Counted from the first letter of the stretch, positions 39,639 through 51,641 are shown. The stretch: DNA of 64,000 nucleotides from an uncultured Gaiellaceae bacterium (GCA_963820695.1 CAWGAP010000001.1:147087-211086), one strand, 5' to 3'. Program-made: numbers and translations. Notes: generated from the sequence alone by a model not told the origin.

Positions 39639-40468
39639 TCGTAGGAGTAGAAGCCCTGGCCCGACTTGCGCCCGAGCCGCCCCGCCTGGACGTACTGGCG
39701 CAGGAGCGGGCAGGGCGCGTACTTGGGATTGCCGAGGCCGTCGTGCAGCACCTCCATGATCGCGACGCACGTGTCCAGCCCGATCAGGTCGGCGAGCGCC
39801 AGCGGCCCCATCGGGTGTGCGAAGCCGAGCTTCGCGATCGTGTCGATCGCCTCCGGCTCGGCGACGCCCTCCATCAGCGCGTAGGCGGCCTCGTTGATGA
39901 ACGGCATCAGGATCCGGTTCGAGACGAAGCCGGGAAAGTCGTTCGCCTGCGCGGGCACCTTGCCGAGCTCCTCGGCGAGCGTCGTGATCGCGGCCGCGGT
40001 CTCGTCAGAGGTCTGGACGGCGCGGATCACCTCGACGAGCTTCAGCACCGGCACCGGGTTGAAGAAGTGCATGCCGATCACGCGGTCCGGCCGTCCCGTC
40101 ACCGCGGCGAGCGAGGTGATCGGGATCGAGGACGTGTTCGACGCGAGCACCGCGCCGTCCGGCAGCAGCTCGTCGGCGCGCCGGAAGAGATCCTCCTTCA
40201 CGGCCGCGTCCTCGATCACCGCCTCGATCAGGAGGTCGGCGGGCACGAGCTCGTCGACCGCGCTCACCCGCGCCAGCACTTCGTCGGGGTCGCCGCCGCC
40301 CTTCTCCGCCAGCTTCTCGAGGCTCCTCCGCATCGCCGCGAGACCGCGCTCGGTCGCGCCGGGCGCGGCGTCGTAGAGCGAGACGCGCCGTCCCGAGGCG
40401 GCGACGACCTGGGCGATTCCGGAGCCCATCTGGCCCGCGCCCGCGACAAGAACGTGCTCGAAGTTCAT
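39635..40468 (-). CDS. hbd: 3-hydroxybutyryl-CoA dehydrogenase
   Basis: 277 aa with [38 protein letters not shown] and a C-terminal GRKSGQGFY. Confidence 0.92.
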   Translation of the reverse strand: MNFEHVLVAGAGQMGSGIAQVVAASGRRVSLYDAAPGATERGLAAMRRSLEKLAEKGGGDPDEVLARVSAVDELVPADLLIEAVIEDAAVKEDLFRRADELLPDGAVLASNTSSIPITSLAAVTGRPDRVIGMHFFNPVPVLKLVEVIRAVQTSDETAAAITTLAEELGKVPAQANDFPGFVSNRILMPFINEAAYALMEGVAEPEAIDTIAKLGFAHPMGPLALADLIGLDTCVAIMEVLHDGLGNPKYAPCPLLRQYVQAGRLGRKSGQGFYSYD

Positions 40469-40501
40469 ACTTCGAGCCAGCCTATCCGGGGTACCTCACG
40501 T

Positions 40502-41659
40502 ATGAAGCGCCTGCTCACCGGACTGCTCCTCGCTGCCGCGCTCGTCGGCACGGCGACGGCGGCGCAGCCCGGCCGAGTGCTCGCAGTCGAGTGGCAGGCG
40601 GGCGGCGGCAAGCTCCGCTGGGTCTCGCCGACGACCCTGCGTCCCGTCGGGCCTGCGGTGCTGAACGTCGGCGGAGCACCGGCGGATATCGCGGCCGTCT
40701 CGCCGGGCGGCGCGGTGGCTGCGATCGGCGGCGGTGCCGAGGGACGGCTGCGCTTCGTCCGGCTCGGCACGCTCCGCCAGGAAGGGCTGCTGTGGCTCGG
40801 CGAGGGCTCGGTCTTCAAGGGCGTCTGGGTTGCACCCCGGCGACTCGTCGTCCTGCTCGGCGGCGCCCGCCCAGACGTCGTCGTGATCGACCCGACGACG
40901 CGGAAGGTACTCCGCCGCGAGGCGCTCGCCGGGACCGCAATGGGCGCGATCGCGGTCGACGGCAGGGTGTTGACGCTGCTCGCTCGACGCGACGGGATCG
41001 GGCCGGTGCAACTCGCCGTGATCGGCGGGGACGGCTCCGTCCGGACCGTGGCGATCCCGGGAATCACCGCGGGTGTGACGGCTCCGGCGACGCCCAGCGG
41101 CGTCGCGAGGTTCGCCTCGCCCGGGCTCGCCGCGCAGGGCTCTCGCGCCGTCGTGCTCGGCCGTGAGAGCCTCGTCGAGGTCGATCTCGAGACGTTGGTC
41201 GTGCGCGAGCAGCGGCTCGACACCCGGACGACCGCGCGGGCGACAAAGCTCGTCGAGGGCTGGGGTCGCAGTGCGGTCTGGCTGCAAGGAGGCACGATCG
41301 CGTACTCGGGCTGGTCCGCCGAGGCGGAGAAGCGAGCCACGATCGGCGTCCGGGTCGCCGATGTCGACACGGGCGCGACCGGCGTGCTCGACGCGAAGGC
41401 GAGCACGATGCAGCGCGCCGGCTCGACGCTCATCGTCCACGGCGACGGCCCGCTCCGAGGCTTCCGGCTCGACGGCACGCTCCGCTTCGAGCTGCTCGGC
41501 GGCACCGACACCGGCTACGTCCAGGTCGCCGGCGGTTACGCCTACGTCGGCAGCGGCAACAGCACGCGGTTCAGTGTCGTCGACGTGCAGGCCGGGAGAG
41601 TCGTGGGGGTCGCAGGGACGGCGAAGCCGACCGTCGTGCTCGCGCCGCCCTCGTGGTGA
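40502..41659 (+). CDS. Hypothetical secreted protein
   Basis: 385 aa from ATG 40502, with signal peptide MKRLLTGLLLAAALVGTATAAQP. The sequence is beta-rich and G/V/R-rich, and I recognise no family. Confidence 0.6.
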   Translation: MKRLLTGLLLAAALVGTATAAQPGRVLAVEWQAGGGKLRWVSPTTLRPVGPAVLNVGGAPADIAAVSPGGAVAAIGGGAEGRLRFVRLGTLRQEGLLWLGEGSVFKGVWVAPRRLVVLLGGARPDVVVIDPTTRKVLRREALAGTAMGAIAVDGRVLTLLARRDGIGPVQLAVIGGDGSVRTVAIPGITAGVTAPATPSGVARFASPGLAAQGSRAVVLGRESLVEVDLETLVVREQRLDTRTTARATKLVEGWGRSAVWLQGGTIAYSGWSAEAEKRATIGVRVADVDTGATGVLDAKASTMQRAGSTLIVHGDGPLRGFRLDGTLRFELLGGTDTGYVQVAGGYAYVGSGNSTRFSVVDVQAGRVVGVAGTAKPTVVLAPPSW

Positions 41660-42162
41660 CCGTGCGGCTGGCCGGCGCGGGCGACGCCGACGCGATCGGC
41701 CGGGTCCAGGTCGAGACCTGGCGCGCCGCCTATACCGGCCTGATGCCCGACGAGGCGGTCGCAGCCTTCGACGTCGAGTCGAGACAGCGGCAGTGGCGGG
41801 AATGGCTCGGCGCCACGCCACGCCCGGGCGGCGCGACGTTCGTCGTCGAGGACGGCGGCGAGGTCGTCGGCTTCGCGAGCGTCGGCGCCTCCTGGGACGA
41901 GGAGGCCGAGGCGGAGGCCGAGCTGTATTCGATCTACCTGCACCCGTCGTGCTGGGATCGCGGGATCGGGCGGGCGCTGCTGCAGCGGGCGGAGGAGTCG
42001 ATGCGGTCGTCGGGCTTTCGCCATGCGGTCCTCTGGGTGATGGACGGCAACGACCGCGCAATCCGGTTCTACGAGACCGCCGGCTGGGAGGCGGACGGCC
42101 GCAAGGACGAGGAGTTCCAGGGTGCCACGGTGACCGAGCTGCGCTACCGCAAGCGCCTGTAG
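41653..42162 (+). CDS. GNAT family N-acetyltransferase
   Basis: 169 aa with LYSIYLHPSCWDRGIGRALL (Q/RxxGxG/A loop) and RAIRFYETAGW. It overlaps the upstream gene by 7 nt. Confidence 0.85.
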   Translation: MVTVRLAGAGDADAIGRVQVETWRAAYTGLMPDEAVAAFDVESRQRQWREWLGATPRPGGATFVVEDGGEVVGFASVGASWDEEAEAEAELYSIYLHPSCWDRGIGRALLQRAEESMRSSGFRHAVLWVMDGNDRAIRFYETAGWEADGRKDEEFQGATVTELRYRKRL

Positions 42163-42626
42163 CTCCGCGCCTTCCGGACGAGGAAGAAGAGCCCGGCCCC
42201 GAGCACGAGCACGCCGACGACGATCCCGCCCCAGTTGAACGGCGGCAGCGAGTTGTCGTCGACGTTCGTCAGCGCCAGGAAGTCGGCCGGGTCGACCTGC
42301 GAGCAGAGGCTCGACCGCCAGACGGCTCCGTCGCGCGTCAGCAGCAGGCCGACCCGCTGGCCGACCGCGAGCTCGAGACCGCACGCCGGCCCGCCCGACG
42401 GTGACACCACCTCCGCGCGGTTCTCGATCTCGCCCTTGTACACCTGCTCGACGCGAAAGCGATACGTCGCCGTGTCGCCGCTGACCAGCCGCTCGAGCAC
42501 CGTCCCGATCATCGCGCCGTCCGCAGCGGGCAGGTCGCGCTCGAGGTCGACCGGCCTGCACGTGCAGGCGTAGGCCTCGGCGGCAGCGACGAGCGAGAGC
42601 AGGATCAGGGCGGCGAGCTTCCGCAT
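42144..42626 (-). CDS. Membrane-anchored extracytoplasmic TIMP-like (NTR/OB-fold) protein
   Basis: 160 aa from the internal Met of ORF 42144..42848. The signal peptide MRKLAALILLSLVAAAEAYA is followed directly by CTCRPV. The protein contains ATYRFRVEQVYKG, VVSPSGGPACG and WRSSLCSQV, and ends in a C-terminal TM plus a basic tail (IVVGVLVLGAGLFFLVRKARSYRRLR). It starts 10 nt after the upstream gene. Confidence 0.65.
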   Translation of the reverse strand: MRKLAALILLSLVAAAEAYACTCRPVDLERDLPAADGAMIGTVLERLVSGDTATYRFRVEQVYKGEIENRAEVVSPSGGPACGLELAVGQRVGLLLTRDGAVWRSSLCSQVDPADFLALTNVDDNSLPPFNWGGIVVGVLVLGAGLFFLVRKARSYRRLR

Positions 42627-42636
42627 CGCCGCCAGA

Positions 42637-43221
42637 CTAGTGGCGTCGGGCCTGGCGCCTTGCTGCCAAGAACAGGACGACGGCAGCTCCCAGCGCGCCC
42701 ACGGCGGCGTTCCAGCGCAGCTCGTACGCGTGGTGCTCTGCGCGCGGATCCGGGCTCGCCCGCTGCCAGTCCTCCAGGAACGGCCGCACCGGGCGCACGT
42801 TCGCAAGCGACACCGCGGAGCTGGCGATCGCGAGCGCGAGAAAGACACCAGCAGCCGCGGTGCCGAGCCGGTGCCGGCGAACGACGAGCACAGCGGCGGT
42901 CAGCGCCGCGAGCGCCGTCGGCAGCGCGAAGAGGAGCGCCGGCAGCCAGCTGTCGTAGCCGGCGTGGCGGACCTCGACGAAGACTTCGTGGTTGCCGAAC
43001 GTGCCGCCGGCGACGCCGACCAGGACGCCGATCGCGGCGAGGCGAGCGAGCCCGGGCGGCGAGAGCAGGATCACACGAACGCCCCCGAGTGCCCAGCGGA
43101 GGCTCTCGACGCCGCCGCGCGTCTGCTCGAGCTCGGCCAGGATCGCCTCGCCCCACTCGCGGCGGTCGCGGGGCAGCAGCAGGATCGCGGTGCGCAGCAG
43201 GATGCGCGCGAGCCGCTTCAT
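42637..43221 (-). CDS. Membrane protein partner of PadR (permease-prefix-like N-terminus)
   Basis: 194 aa from the internal Met, MKRLARILLRTAILLLPRDRREWGEAILAELEQ, followed by 4 TM segments. The ATG overlaps the PadR stop codon (ATGA). Confidence 0.7.
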   Translation of the reverse strand: MKRLARILLRTAILLLPRDRREWGEAILAELEQTRGGVESLRWALGGVRVILLSPPGLARLAAIGVLVGVAGGTFGNHEVFVEVRHAGYDSWLPALLFALPTALAALTAAVLVVRRHRLGTAAAGVFLALAIASSAVSLANVRPVRPFLEDWQRASPDPRAEHHAYELRWNAAVGALGAAVVLFLAARRQARRH

Positions 43222-43530
43222 GCCGGCGCCGCCGCCGCGGCTGCCGTCGACGGCCGCGCCGCCGCGAGCCGCGCCTCTGCGTATGTGACTCCTTCGCCCG
43301 TGAGGCGGTAGCTGCGCCGCCGGGGACCGCTCGCCGGCTCGTCCCAACGCGCCTCCAGCAGACCGCGACCGCTCAGCCGGATCAGGATCGGGTAGAGCGT
43401 CCCGGACGGAATCCCCGTCTCGCGGGAGAGGTCGTAGCCGTAGCGCCAGGCGCCGCCGACGAAGGCGCGGAAGACGGCGAGGGTCTGCGGCGAGGTGTCG
43501 GGCCGGCGTGCGATAGCCGAAAGTCTACAT
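43218..43530 (-). CDS. PadR family transcriptional regulator (missing from the ORF track)
   Basis: The reverse strand reads (M)RLSAIARRPDTSPQTLAVFRAFVGGAWRYGYDLSRETGIPSGTLYPILIRLSGRGLLEARWDEPASGPRRRSYRLTGEGVTYAEARL, a typical PadR winged helix. There is no in-frame start codon as assembled. ATG 43528-43530 becomes in frame if the single base at 43527 is an insertion. Confidence 0.75.
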
Positions 43531-43547
43531 AGATAGAGTTTGGCTGT

Positions 43548-44699
<1,152 letters not shown>

Positions 44700-44710
44700 G
44701 CTCTGAATCT

Positions 44711-45720
44711 ACCGGGCGTACGTCTCGTCCGGCCGCAATCGCGCCGCGAACGCGGTCAGCACCTCGAACGCAGGCCTCGAGGTCGCTCAGCTGGACGATC
44801 TCGATCGGCGAGTGCATGTTGCGGAGCGGGATCGAGACGAGCCCCGTCGGGATCCCCTCCCGGGAGGCGAAGGTCACGTCCGCGTCCGTGTAGGTCTTGG
44901 CGCCCGCCTCGATCGTGTGGTCGATCCCTTCCTCGCGCGCGGCCTCGACGAGGAGCTCGAAGACGCGCGGGTTGACCGCCGGCCCGCGGAAGATCGCGGC
45001 GCCGCCTCCGAGCGAGTGGTGACCGCCCGTGGCGGGGTCGTCGCCGGGAACGTCGGTCGCGTAGGTGACGTCGATCGCGATCGCGACGTCCGGGCGCAGG
45101 CCGTGCGCGGCCGCCATCGCGCCGTGAGCGCCAAGCTCCTCCTGCGCGGCGGCGACGACGGCGACGTTCGCCCCCTCCGCGCGCCGCAGCGTCTCGAGCG
45201 CGACGTAGACGCCGGCGCGGTTGTCGAGCGTCCGGGACGCCAGCCGTCCGTGGGCGAGCTCGACAGGCGGCGCGTCGAGCACCATCGGGTCGCCGGGCGC
45301 GACGAGCGAGCGCGCCTCGGCCCCGTCCTTCGCCCCGATGTCGACGTAGAGCTGGCCCCACTCGACTTTCTCGTTGTCCTTCACCTTCCGCGCGATCACA
45401 CCGGGGACGGCGCCGTCCTTCGTCCGGATCTCGACCCGCTGGCCGTACGCGACGTTCGCGCGCCAGTGGCCGAGCTGGTGTACGGCGATCAGCGCGTCGT
45501 CGGCGATGTGCGCGACGGCGGCGCCGATCACGTCCAGGTGCGCGAAGAGCGCGAGCAGTGGCCCGTCGCCGCGGCGGCGCGCGATCAGATTGCCGACGGA
45601 GTCGGACTCGACCTCGGCCACCTCACCGACCGAAGCGCGGACGACGTCGAAGGCGAGGTGCTCGTGCCCGGAGGGCCCGTGCGCACGCAACAGGCGGTCG
45701 AGGAGCTCCGGGACGGCCAT
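44711..45720 (-). CDS. M42 family (glutamyl/FrvX-type) aminopeptidase, frameshift near the 3' end
   Basis: The family motifs are FAHLDVIG, TLDNRAGV, AAQEELG and IPLRNMHSPIEIV. The main frame runs on without a stop codon into antisense thiolase (ORF 43525..45720). Shifting frame at about 44765 gives ...LEACV(R)VLTAFAARLRPDETYAR with TAG at 44711-44713. Confidence 0.8.
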
Positions 45721-45734
45721 CCTGCGGGCAGTCT

Positions 45735-46964
45735 ATGGCCGTGCGCATCCCCACAGACCTGCTGACACCGCTCGGCGCCTACCTCCGCCTCCGCGACGGC
45801 GCCGCGGCGAGCTTCCTCCTCGAGTCGGTCGAGCAGGGCAGGCTCGGGCGCCACTCCTTCATCGGCTCGGGAGCCCGGCTCGTCTCGTTCGAGGAGGCGG
45901 AAGCGCTCGATGGGCCCGTCGTCGGCTATCTCGCGTACGACCACGCCGCCAAGCTCGAGCCGACGGTGCAGCTCCCCGCCGAAGGCCCGGAGCTCCCGGA
46001 GAGCCGCTTCGTCGTCGCCGAGACGCTCGTCCGCTTCGACCACGGCAGCGGCACGGCGGAGGTGCTGGCGGGCGACCAGGACGCGATCGCAGCGCGGCTC
46101 GGGCGAGAGCTTGTGTTACAGGAACACAAACTCCCCTCGCAGCGCTCAACCATGCGGCGGACGCCCGACCAGGCCACGTACGAAAGAGGCGTGGAGCGGA
46201 TCCGCGAGCACATCCGCGCCGGGGACGTGTTCCAGGTCGTGCTCTCGCAGCGGGCCGAGCGGCAGACGTCGGCATCGGCGCTCGAGCTCTACCGGGCGCT
46301 GCGCCGGGTCAACCCGTCGCCGTACCTCTTCCTCCTCGAGCTGGGCGAGCTTGCGCTCGTCGGCTCGTCGCCGGAGACGCTCGTCAAATGCGAGGACGGC
46401 CGGGCCAGCCTGAACCCGATCGCGGGCACGACCCATCCCGGCGAGGGGGACGCCGAGCGGCTGCTCGCCTCGGAGAAGGACCGCGCCGAGCACGTGATGC
46501 TCGTCGACCTCGGCCGCAACGACCTCTCGCGCGTCTGCACGCCGGCGAGCGTCCGCGTCGCGCGCTTCCTCGAGCCCGAGCGCTTCTCGCACGTCACCCA
46601 TCTCGTCTCGGAGGTGACCGGCGAGCTGCGCGAGGGCGTGACGCCGTTCGACCTCCTCCGCGCCTGCTTTCCGGCCGGAACGGTCTCCGGCGCGCCGAAG
46701 GTGCGCGCGATGCAGATCGTCTCCGAGCTCGAGGGCTACCGCCGCGGCCCCTACGCCGGCGCCGTCGGCTACGTCCTCCCGGGCGGCTCGATGGACACGT
46801 GCATCGCGATCCGGACGATCGTCCTCCAGGACGGCGTCGCGCGGCTGCAGGCGGGTGCGGGGATCGTGGCAGACTCGGATCCGGAGGCCGAGCACCGCGA
46901 GTGCCTGTCGAACAAGCTCGCCGCGCTCGAAGCCGCGATCGACCTGCGCCGAGGAAGGCGCTGA
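45735..46964 (+). CDS. trpE: Anthranilate synthase component I
   Basis: 409 aa from ATG 45735, uninterrupted, with LLESVE, GDVFQVVLSQR, NPSPYLF, GTVSGAPKVRAM and GPYAGAVGY. It contains palindromic element copy 3 in its interdomain linker. Confidence 0.92.
   Translation: MAVRIPTDLLTPLGAYLRLRDGAAASFLLESVEQGRLGRHSFIGSGARLVSFEEAEALDGPVVGYLAYDHAAKLEPTVQLPAEGPELPESRFVVAETLVRFDHGSGTAEVLAGDQDAIAARLGRELVLQEHKLPSQRSTMRRTPDQATYERGVERIREHIRAGDVFQVVLSQRAERQTSASALELYRALRRVNPSPYLFLLELGELALVGSSPETLVKCEDGRASLNPIAGTTHPGEGDAERLLASEKDRAEHVMLVDLGRNDLSRVCTPASVRVARFLEPERFSHVTHLVSEVTGELREGVTPFDLLRACFPAGTVSGAPKVRAMQIVSELEGYRRGPYAGAVGYVLPGGSMDTCIAIRTIVLQDGVARLQAGAGIVADSDPEAEHRECLSNKLAALEAAIDLRRGRR
46109..46131. repeat. 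23-nt palindromic element, copy 3 (gcttgtgttACAGGaacacaaac), inside the trpE coding sequence
   Basis: It matches the reverse complement of copy 1 at 22 of 23 positions. It encodes ELVLQEHKL in the poorly conserved linker upstream of the chorismate-binding domain. Confidence 0.85.
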
Positions 46965-46971
46965 GAGAGCG

Positions 46972-47540
<569 letters not shown>

Positions 47541-47544
<4 letters not shown>

Positions 47545-48555
47545 TCCAGGAGGCGCTCGCCGACCTGCTCGAGGGCAAGCAGCTCGGCCGCCCCCGCTGC
47601 GCGCGAGGTGATGGGCGAGATCATGCGCGGCGACGCGACGCCGGCCCAGATCGGCGGCTTCCTCGTCGCGTTCCGACTGAAGGGCGAGACCGCCGACGAG
47701 ATCGCGGGCTGCGCGGAGGCGATGCGCGACCACGTCTTGCCCGTGCACGCCCGGCGCGACGACCTGGTCGACACCGCGGGCACCGGCGGCGACGGCGCCA
47801 GCACGATCAACATCTCCACCGCCGCCGCGATCGTCGCCGCCGCCGCGGGCGCGGGCGTCGCGAAGCACGGGAACCGCGCCGTCTCGTCCGCGTCCGGCTC
47901 GGCGGACGTCCTCGAGGCGCTCGGCTTCCGGCTCGAGCAGCCGCCGGAGCGGATCGCGCAGTCGATCGACGAGCTCGGCTTCGGCTTCATGTTCGCGCCC
48001 TCGCACCACCCGGCGATGCGGCACGCCGCACCCGTCCGGCGCGAGCTTGCGGCGCGTACCGTGTTCAACGTGCTCGGCCCGCTCACGAATCCCGCCGGCG
48101 CGCGTGCCCAGGTGATCGGCGTCTATGCCAAGCCGCTCGTGCGCACGATCGCGGACGTGCTGGCACAGCTCGGAGCGCGGCGCGCCTTCGTCGTCCACGG
48201 CGCCTTCGGGATCGACGAGCTCTCGCCGGCCGGGCCGAACGACGTCTGCGAGGTCGTCGACGGCGATGTGCGTGCGCGCGTGATCGATCCGCTCGAGCTC
48301 GGCGTCGACCGCTGCGACCCGGAGGAGCTGCGCGGCGGCTCCCCGGCCGAGAACGCGCAGGCGATCCGCGACGTCTTCGCGGGCGCGGACGGCGGCCGTC
48401 GCGACGCGATCCTGCTCAACGCGGCCGGCGCCATTGCGGCGGCCGGGCACGCCGAGGATCTCCGCGACGGGCTCGAGCTCGCCCGGACGGCCGTCGACTC
48501 GGGCGCCGCCGCCGCGCGGCTCGACGAGCTGGCGAGGTTCACGAATGCGATTTAG
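47541..48555 (+). CDS. trpD: Anthranilate phosphoribosyltransferase, one frameshift as assembled
   Basis: GTG 47541 (a GTGA overlap with trpG) gives [16 protein letters not shown]. The frame shifts at about 47595 into ORF 47608..48555, which has [18 protein letters not shown] and NVLGPLTNP. Confidence 0.88.
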
Positions 48556-49704
48556 GGACGCGCTCGCCGGCCCCGGCCTCGGTGCGATCGCCGAGATCAA
48601 GCGGCGCTCGCCCTCGCTCGGCGACATCCGCCCGGACGCCGACCCGGCACGGATCGCGCGCGAGTACGCGGCCGCCGGCGCCGCCGCGGTCTCCGTCCTC
48701 GTCGACGAGCGCTTCGGCGGCAGCTGGGACGACCTTCGCGCCGCGCGCGCGAGCACGGGCGTGCCGCTGCTCGCCAAGGGCTTCTTCTCCAGCGAGGAGC
48801 ACCTCCGCACGGCGAAGGAGGCCGGCGCCGACGCCGTCCTGCTGCTGCTCCGCGACCTCGACGACGAGCAGGTGCGCGGGCTGATGGCGGTGGCCGACGA
48901 CCTCGGCCTCGACACGCTCGTCGAGGCGCACGACGCCGACGAGCTCGAGCGGGCCGTGCTCGATCGGCGCGCGCGTGATCGGCGTCAACGCCCGCGATCT
49001 CGCCACCTTCGAGATCGACCGCGCCGCGCAGCTCGCGCTCGTCGCCCGGATCCCGGCCGACCGGATCGCGATCGCCGAGAGCGGGATCAGCACACGCGCG
49101 CAGGGCGCCGCGGCGGAGCTGGCGGGGGCCGACGCGATCCTCGTCGGCTCGACGCTGATGCAGGCGCCCGACCCGGCCGCCAAGCTGCGCGAGCTGCTGC
49201 GACGGCCGCTCGTCAAGGTCTGCGGCCTGACCCGCGAGGAGGACGTGGCCGTCGCAGCCGAGGCCGGCGCCGACCTGGCGGGCTTCGTCCTCGCTCCCGA
49301 GAGCCCGCGTGCCGCCGACCGACGTCCTTCCCGTCCCGGACGAGCTGCTCGCCGTCGCCGTCTGGGTCGGCGAGGCGGGCACGAGCGGCGCGCCGGTCGA
49401 CCAGGTCCACGAGCGCGAGGAGGGCCGCATTCGCGGCCGGAACGGCGTGCTGCTCCGTGAGGGCGAGCAGGTCGCACGCCTGCTCGACCTCCCCTGGCAG
49501 GAGGAGGATCCCGGCCACTGGGATCGCGCGGCCGCGGAGCCGGGACGCGTCGTGCTCGCCGGCAGGCTCGCCGCCGACAACGTCGCCGAGGCGATCCGCA
49601 GGGTCCAGCCGTGGGCGGTCGACGCCGCCTCGCGGCTGGAGTCGGCGCCGGGGATCAAGGATCCGGCGAAGGTTCGCGCCTACGTCGAGGCGGCCCGGTC
49701 GTGA
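48545..49704 (+). CDS. trpC: Fused indole-3-glycerol-phosphate synthase / phosphoribosylanthranilate isomerase, two frameshifts as assembled
   Basis: The TrpC part has [11 protein letters not shown] and LVEAHD, shifts frame at about 48965, then continues IGVNARDL and IAESGI. The TrpF part has VKVCGLT and FVLAPESPR, shifts frame at about 49300, then continues VVLAGRL and [18 protein letters not shown]. Confidence 0.85.
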
Positions 49705-50826
49705 CCGGAGCACGTACGGCGCCTACGGCGGCCGCTACGTCCCCGAGACGCTGATCCCGGCACTCGACGAGCTCACGGGCGCGTGGGAGGAGGCGCTCGC
49801 GGACGAGAGCTTCCGCGCCGAGCTGGACGAGCTGGCGCGGAACTACGCGGGCCGCCCGACGCCGCTGACGCGCGCGGAGCGCTTCGCACCCGACAAGCGC
49901 CTCTATCTCAAGCGCGAGGATCTGCTCCACACGGGCGCCCACAAGCTGAACAACGCGCTCGGGCAGGCGGTGCTCGCGCGCCGGCTCGGCAAGCGGCGGA
50001 TCGTCGCCGAGACGGGCGCCGGCCAGCACGGCGTCGCCACCGCGACCGTCTGCGCACGCTTCGGGCTCGACTGCGTCGTCTACATGGGCGCCGAGGACAT
50101 GCGCCGGCAGAAGCCGAACGTCGAGCGGATGGGCCTGCTCGGCGCCGAGGTGCGGCCCGGTCGAGTTCGGCACGAAGACGCTTGAAGGAGGCGACGAGCG
50201 AGGCGATCCGGGACTGGATCACGAACGTCGAGACGACGCACTACCTGATCGGCTCCTGCGTCGGCCCCGCGCCCTACCCGGCGATCGTGCGCGAGCTGCA
50301 GGCCGTGATCGGACGCGAGTCGCGCGCCCAGATGCTCGAGGCGGAGGGCCGGCTGCCCGGACGCCGTGATCGCATGCGTCGGCGGCGGCTCGAACGCGAT
50401 CGGGATGTTCGCCGGCTTCCTCGACGACGCCGCGGTCGAGATCGTCGGCGTCGAGGCCGCCGGCGCCGCGAGCCTCGGCACCGGACGCGCAGGCGTGCTC
50501 CACGGCTCACGCTCCTCCGTGCTCGCCGACGAGGACGGGCAGATCGCGGACGCGCACTCGATCTCGGCCGGTCTCGACTATCCCGGCGTCGGCCCCGAGC
50601 ACGCGCACCTGCGCGACACGGGCCGTGCCGCGCTACGTCGGCACGACCGACGACGAGGCGCTGGACGCGTTCCGCCGGCTGACCCGCACCGAGGGAATCA
50701 TCCCGGCGCTCGAGCCTTCGCACGCACTCGCCCGGGTCGACGACCTCGACGCCGAGCTGATCCTCGTCTGCCTCTCCGGCCGCGGCGACAAGGACCTCGC
50801 CGAGGTTCTGGCCCGCTGCCGAATGA
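49701..50826 (+). CDS. trpB: Tryptophan synthase beta chain, about 6 frameshifts as assembled
   Basis: The conserved blocks sit in alternating frames: [75 protein letters not shown] and [12 protein letters not shown]. Junctions are near 49712, 50159, 50183, 50358, 50622 and probably 50810. The expected stop is TGA 50824-50826, overlapping the trpA ATG. Confidence 0.85.
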
Positions 50827-51556
50827 GCAAGACGCTCGCGATCTACCTGATGTCCGGGCCGGACACGCCCGAGCTGGCGGAGGCGGCCGTCGAGGGCGGA
50901 GCCGACCTCGTCGAGCTCGGCTTCCCCTTCTCCGACCCGCTCGCCGACGGCCCGGTGATCCGGCGCGCCGCCGAGAAGGCGCTCGCGCAGGGGATGCGGA
51001 CGCAGGCGTGTCTCGCGTGCCTCGCCGCGGTCCGGCAGCGGGTCGAGGTGCCGCTCGTGCCGATGACCTACTCGTCACTGCTCGAGGCCTACGGCTGGGA
51101 CCGCTTCGCCGCGGACGCGCGATCGGCCGGCGCCACCAGCCTGATCGTCGCCGACCTCCCGGCCGGCGACCGACCCAGCCTCCGGCGCGTCCAGCTCGTG
51201 GCGCCGACCTCGACCGACGAGCGCCTGCGACTCGCGGCCGGAGCAGACGGACGGCTGGCTCTACCTCGTCACCGTGACCGGCACGACGGGCGCTCGCTCG
51301 GGCCTGTCTGCGTCGCTCGCGGGGCTCGCCGAGCGCGCACGGGCCGCCGCACCGGGCGTCGCGCTCTACGCCGGCTTCGGCATTTCGACGCCCGCGGACG
51401 CCCGTGCCGCCGCCGAGCTCACCGACGGCGTCGTCGTCGGCTCCCGCGCGCTCGAAGCCGCCGACGGACGGACCGGCCGCGCTGCGCGCCTACGTGCGCT
51501 CGCTCCGGGACGCGCTCGACGCGCCTAGGACGGCGGGCCTAACCCGAATCGGCTAG
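50823..51556 (+). CDS. trpA: Tryptophan synthase alpha chain, two frameshifts as assembled
   Basis: It has [18 protein letters not shown] and APTSTDERL, shifts frame at about 51240, then continues [15 protein letters not shown] and YAGFGIS, shifts frame at about 51470, and ends [15 protein letters not shown]. The end is uncertain; candidate stop codons end at 51528, 51542 and 51556. Confidence 0.8.
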
Positions 51557-51595
51557 TTGTGCCACGCCCCGCTGGGGACGGTCACAACGCTGTTT
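51556..51595 (+). terminator. Candidate trp operon terminator (interrupted hairpin)
   Basis: gttgtg...cccc-gct-gggg...cacaac, followed by gctgttt. The structure is weak, with an internal loop. Confidence 0.3.
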
Positions 51596-51641
51596 CGGGG
51601 ATTCAGTCGCGCTCAACTCTGGTGAAAACTAGCGAAGTCGT

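Noticed and set aside
50800-50830. In-frame TrpB-TrpA fusion
   Set aside because: As assembled, the frame reads through (..[10 protein letters not shown]..). A 1-nt shift restores the classical gaATGAgc stop/start overlap. Given the local indel density, a fusion is not supported.
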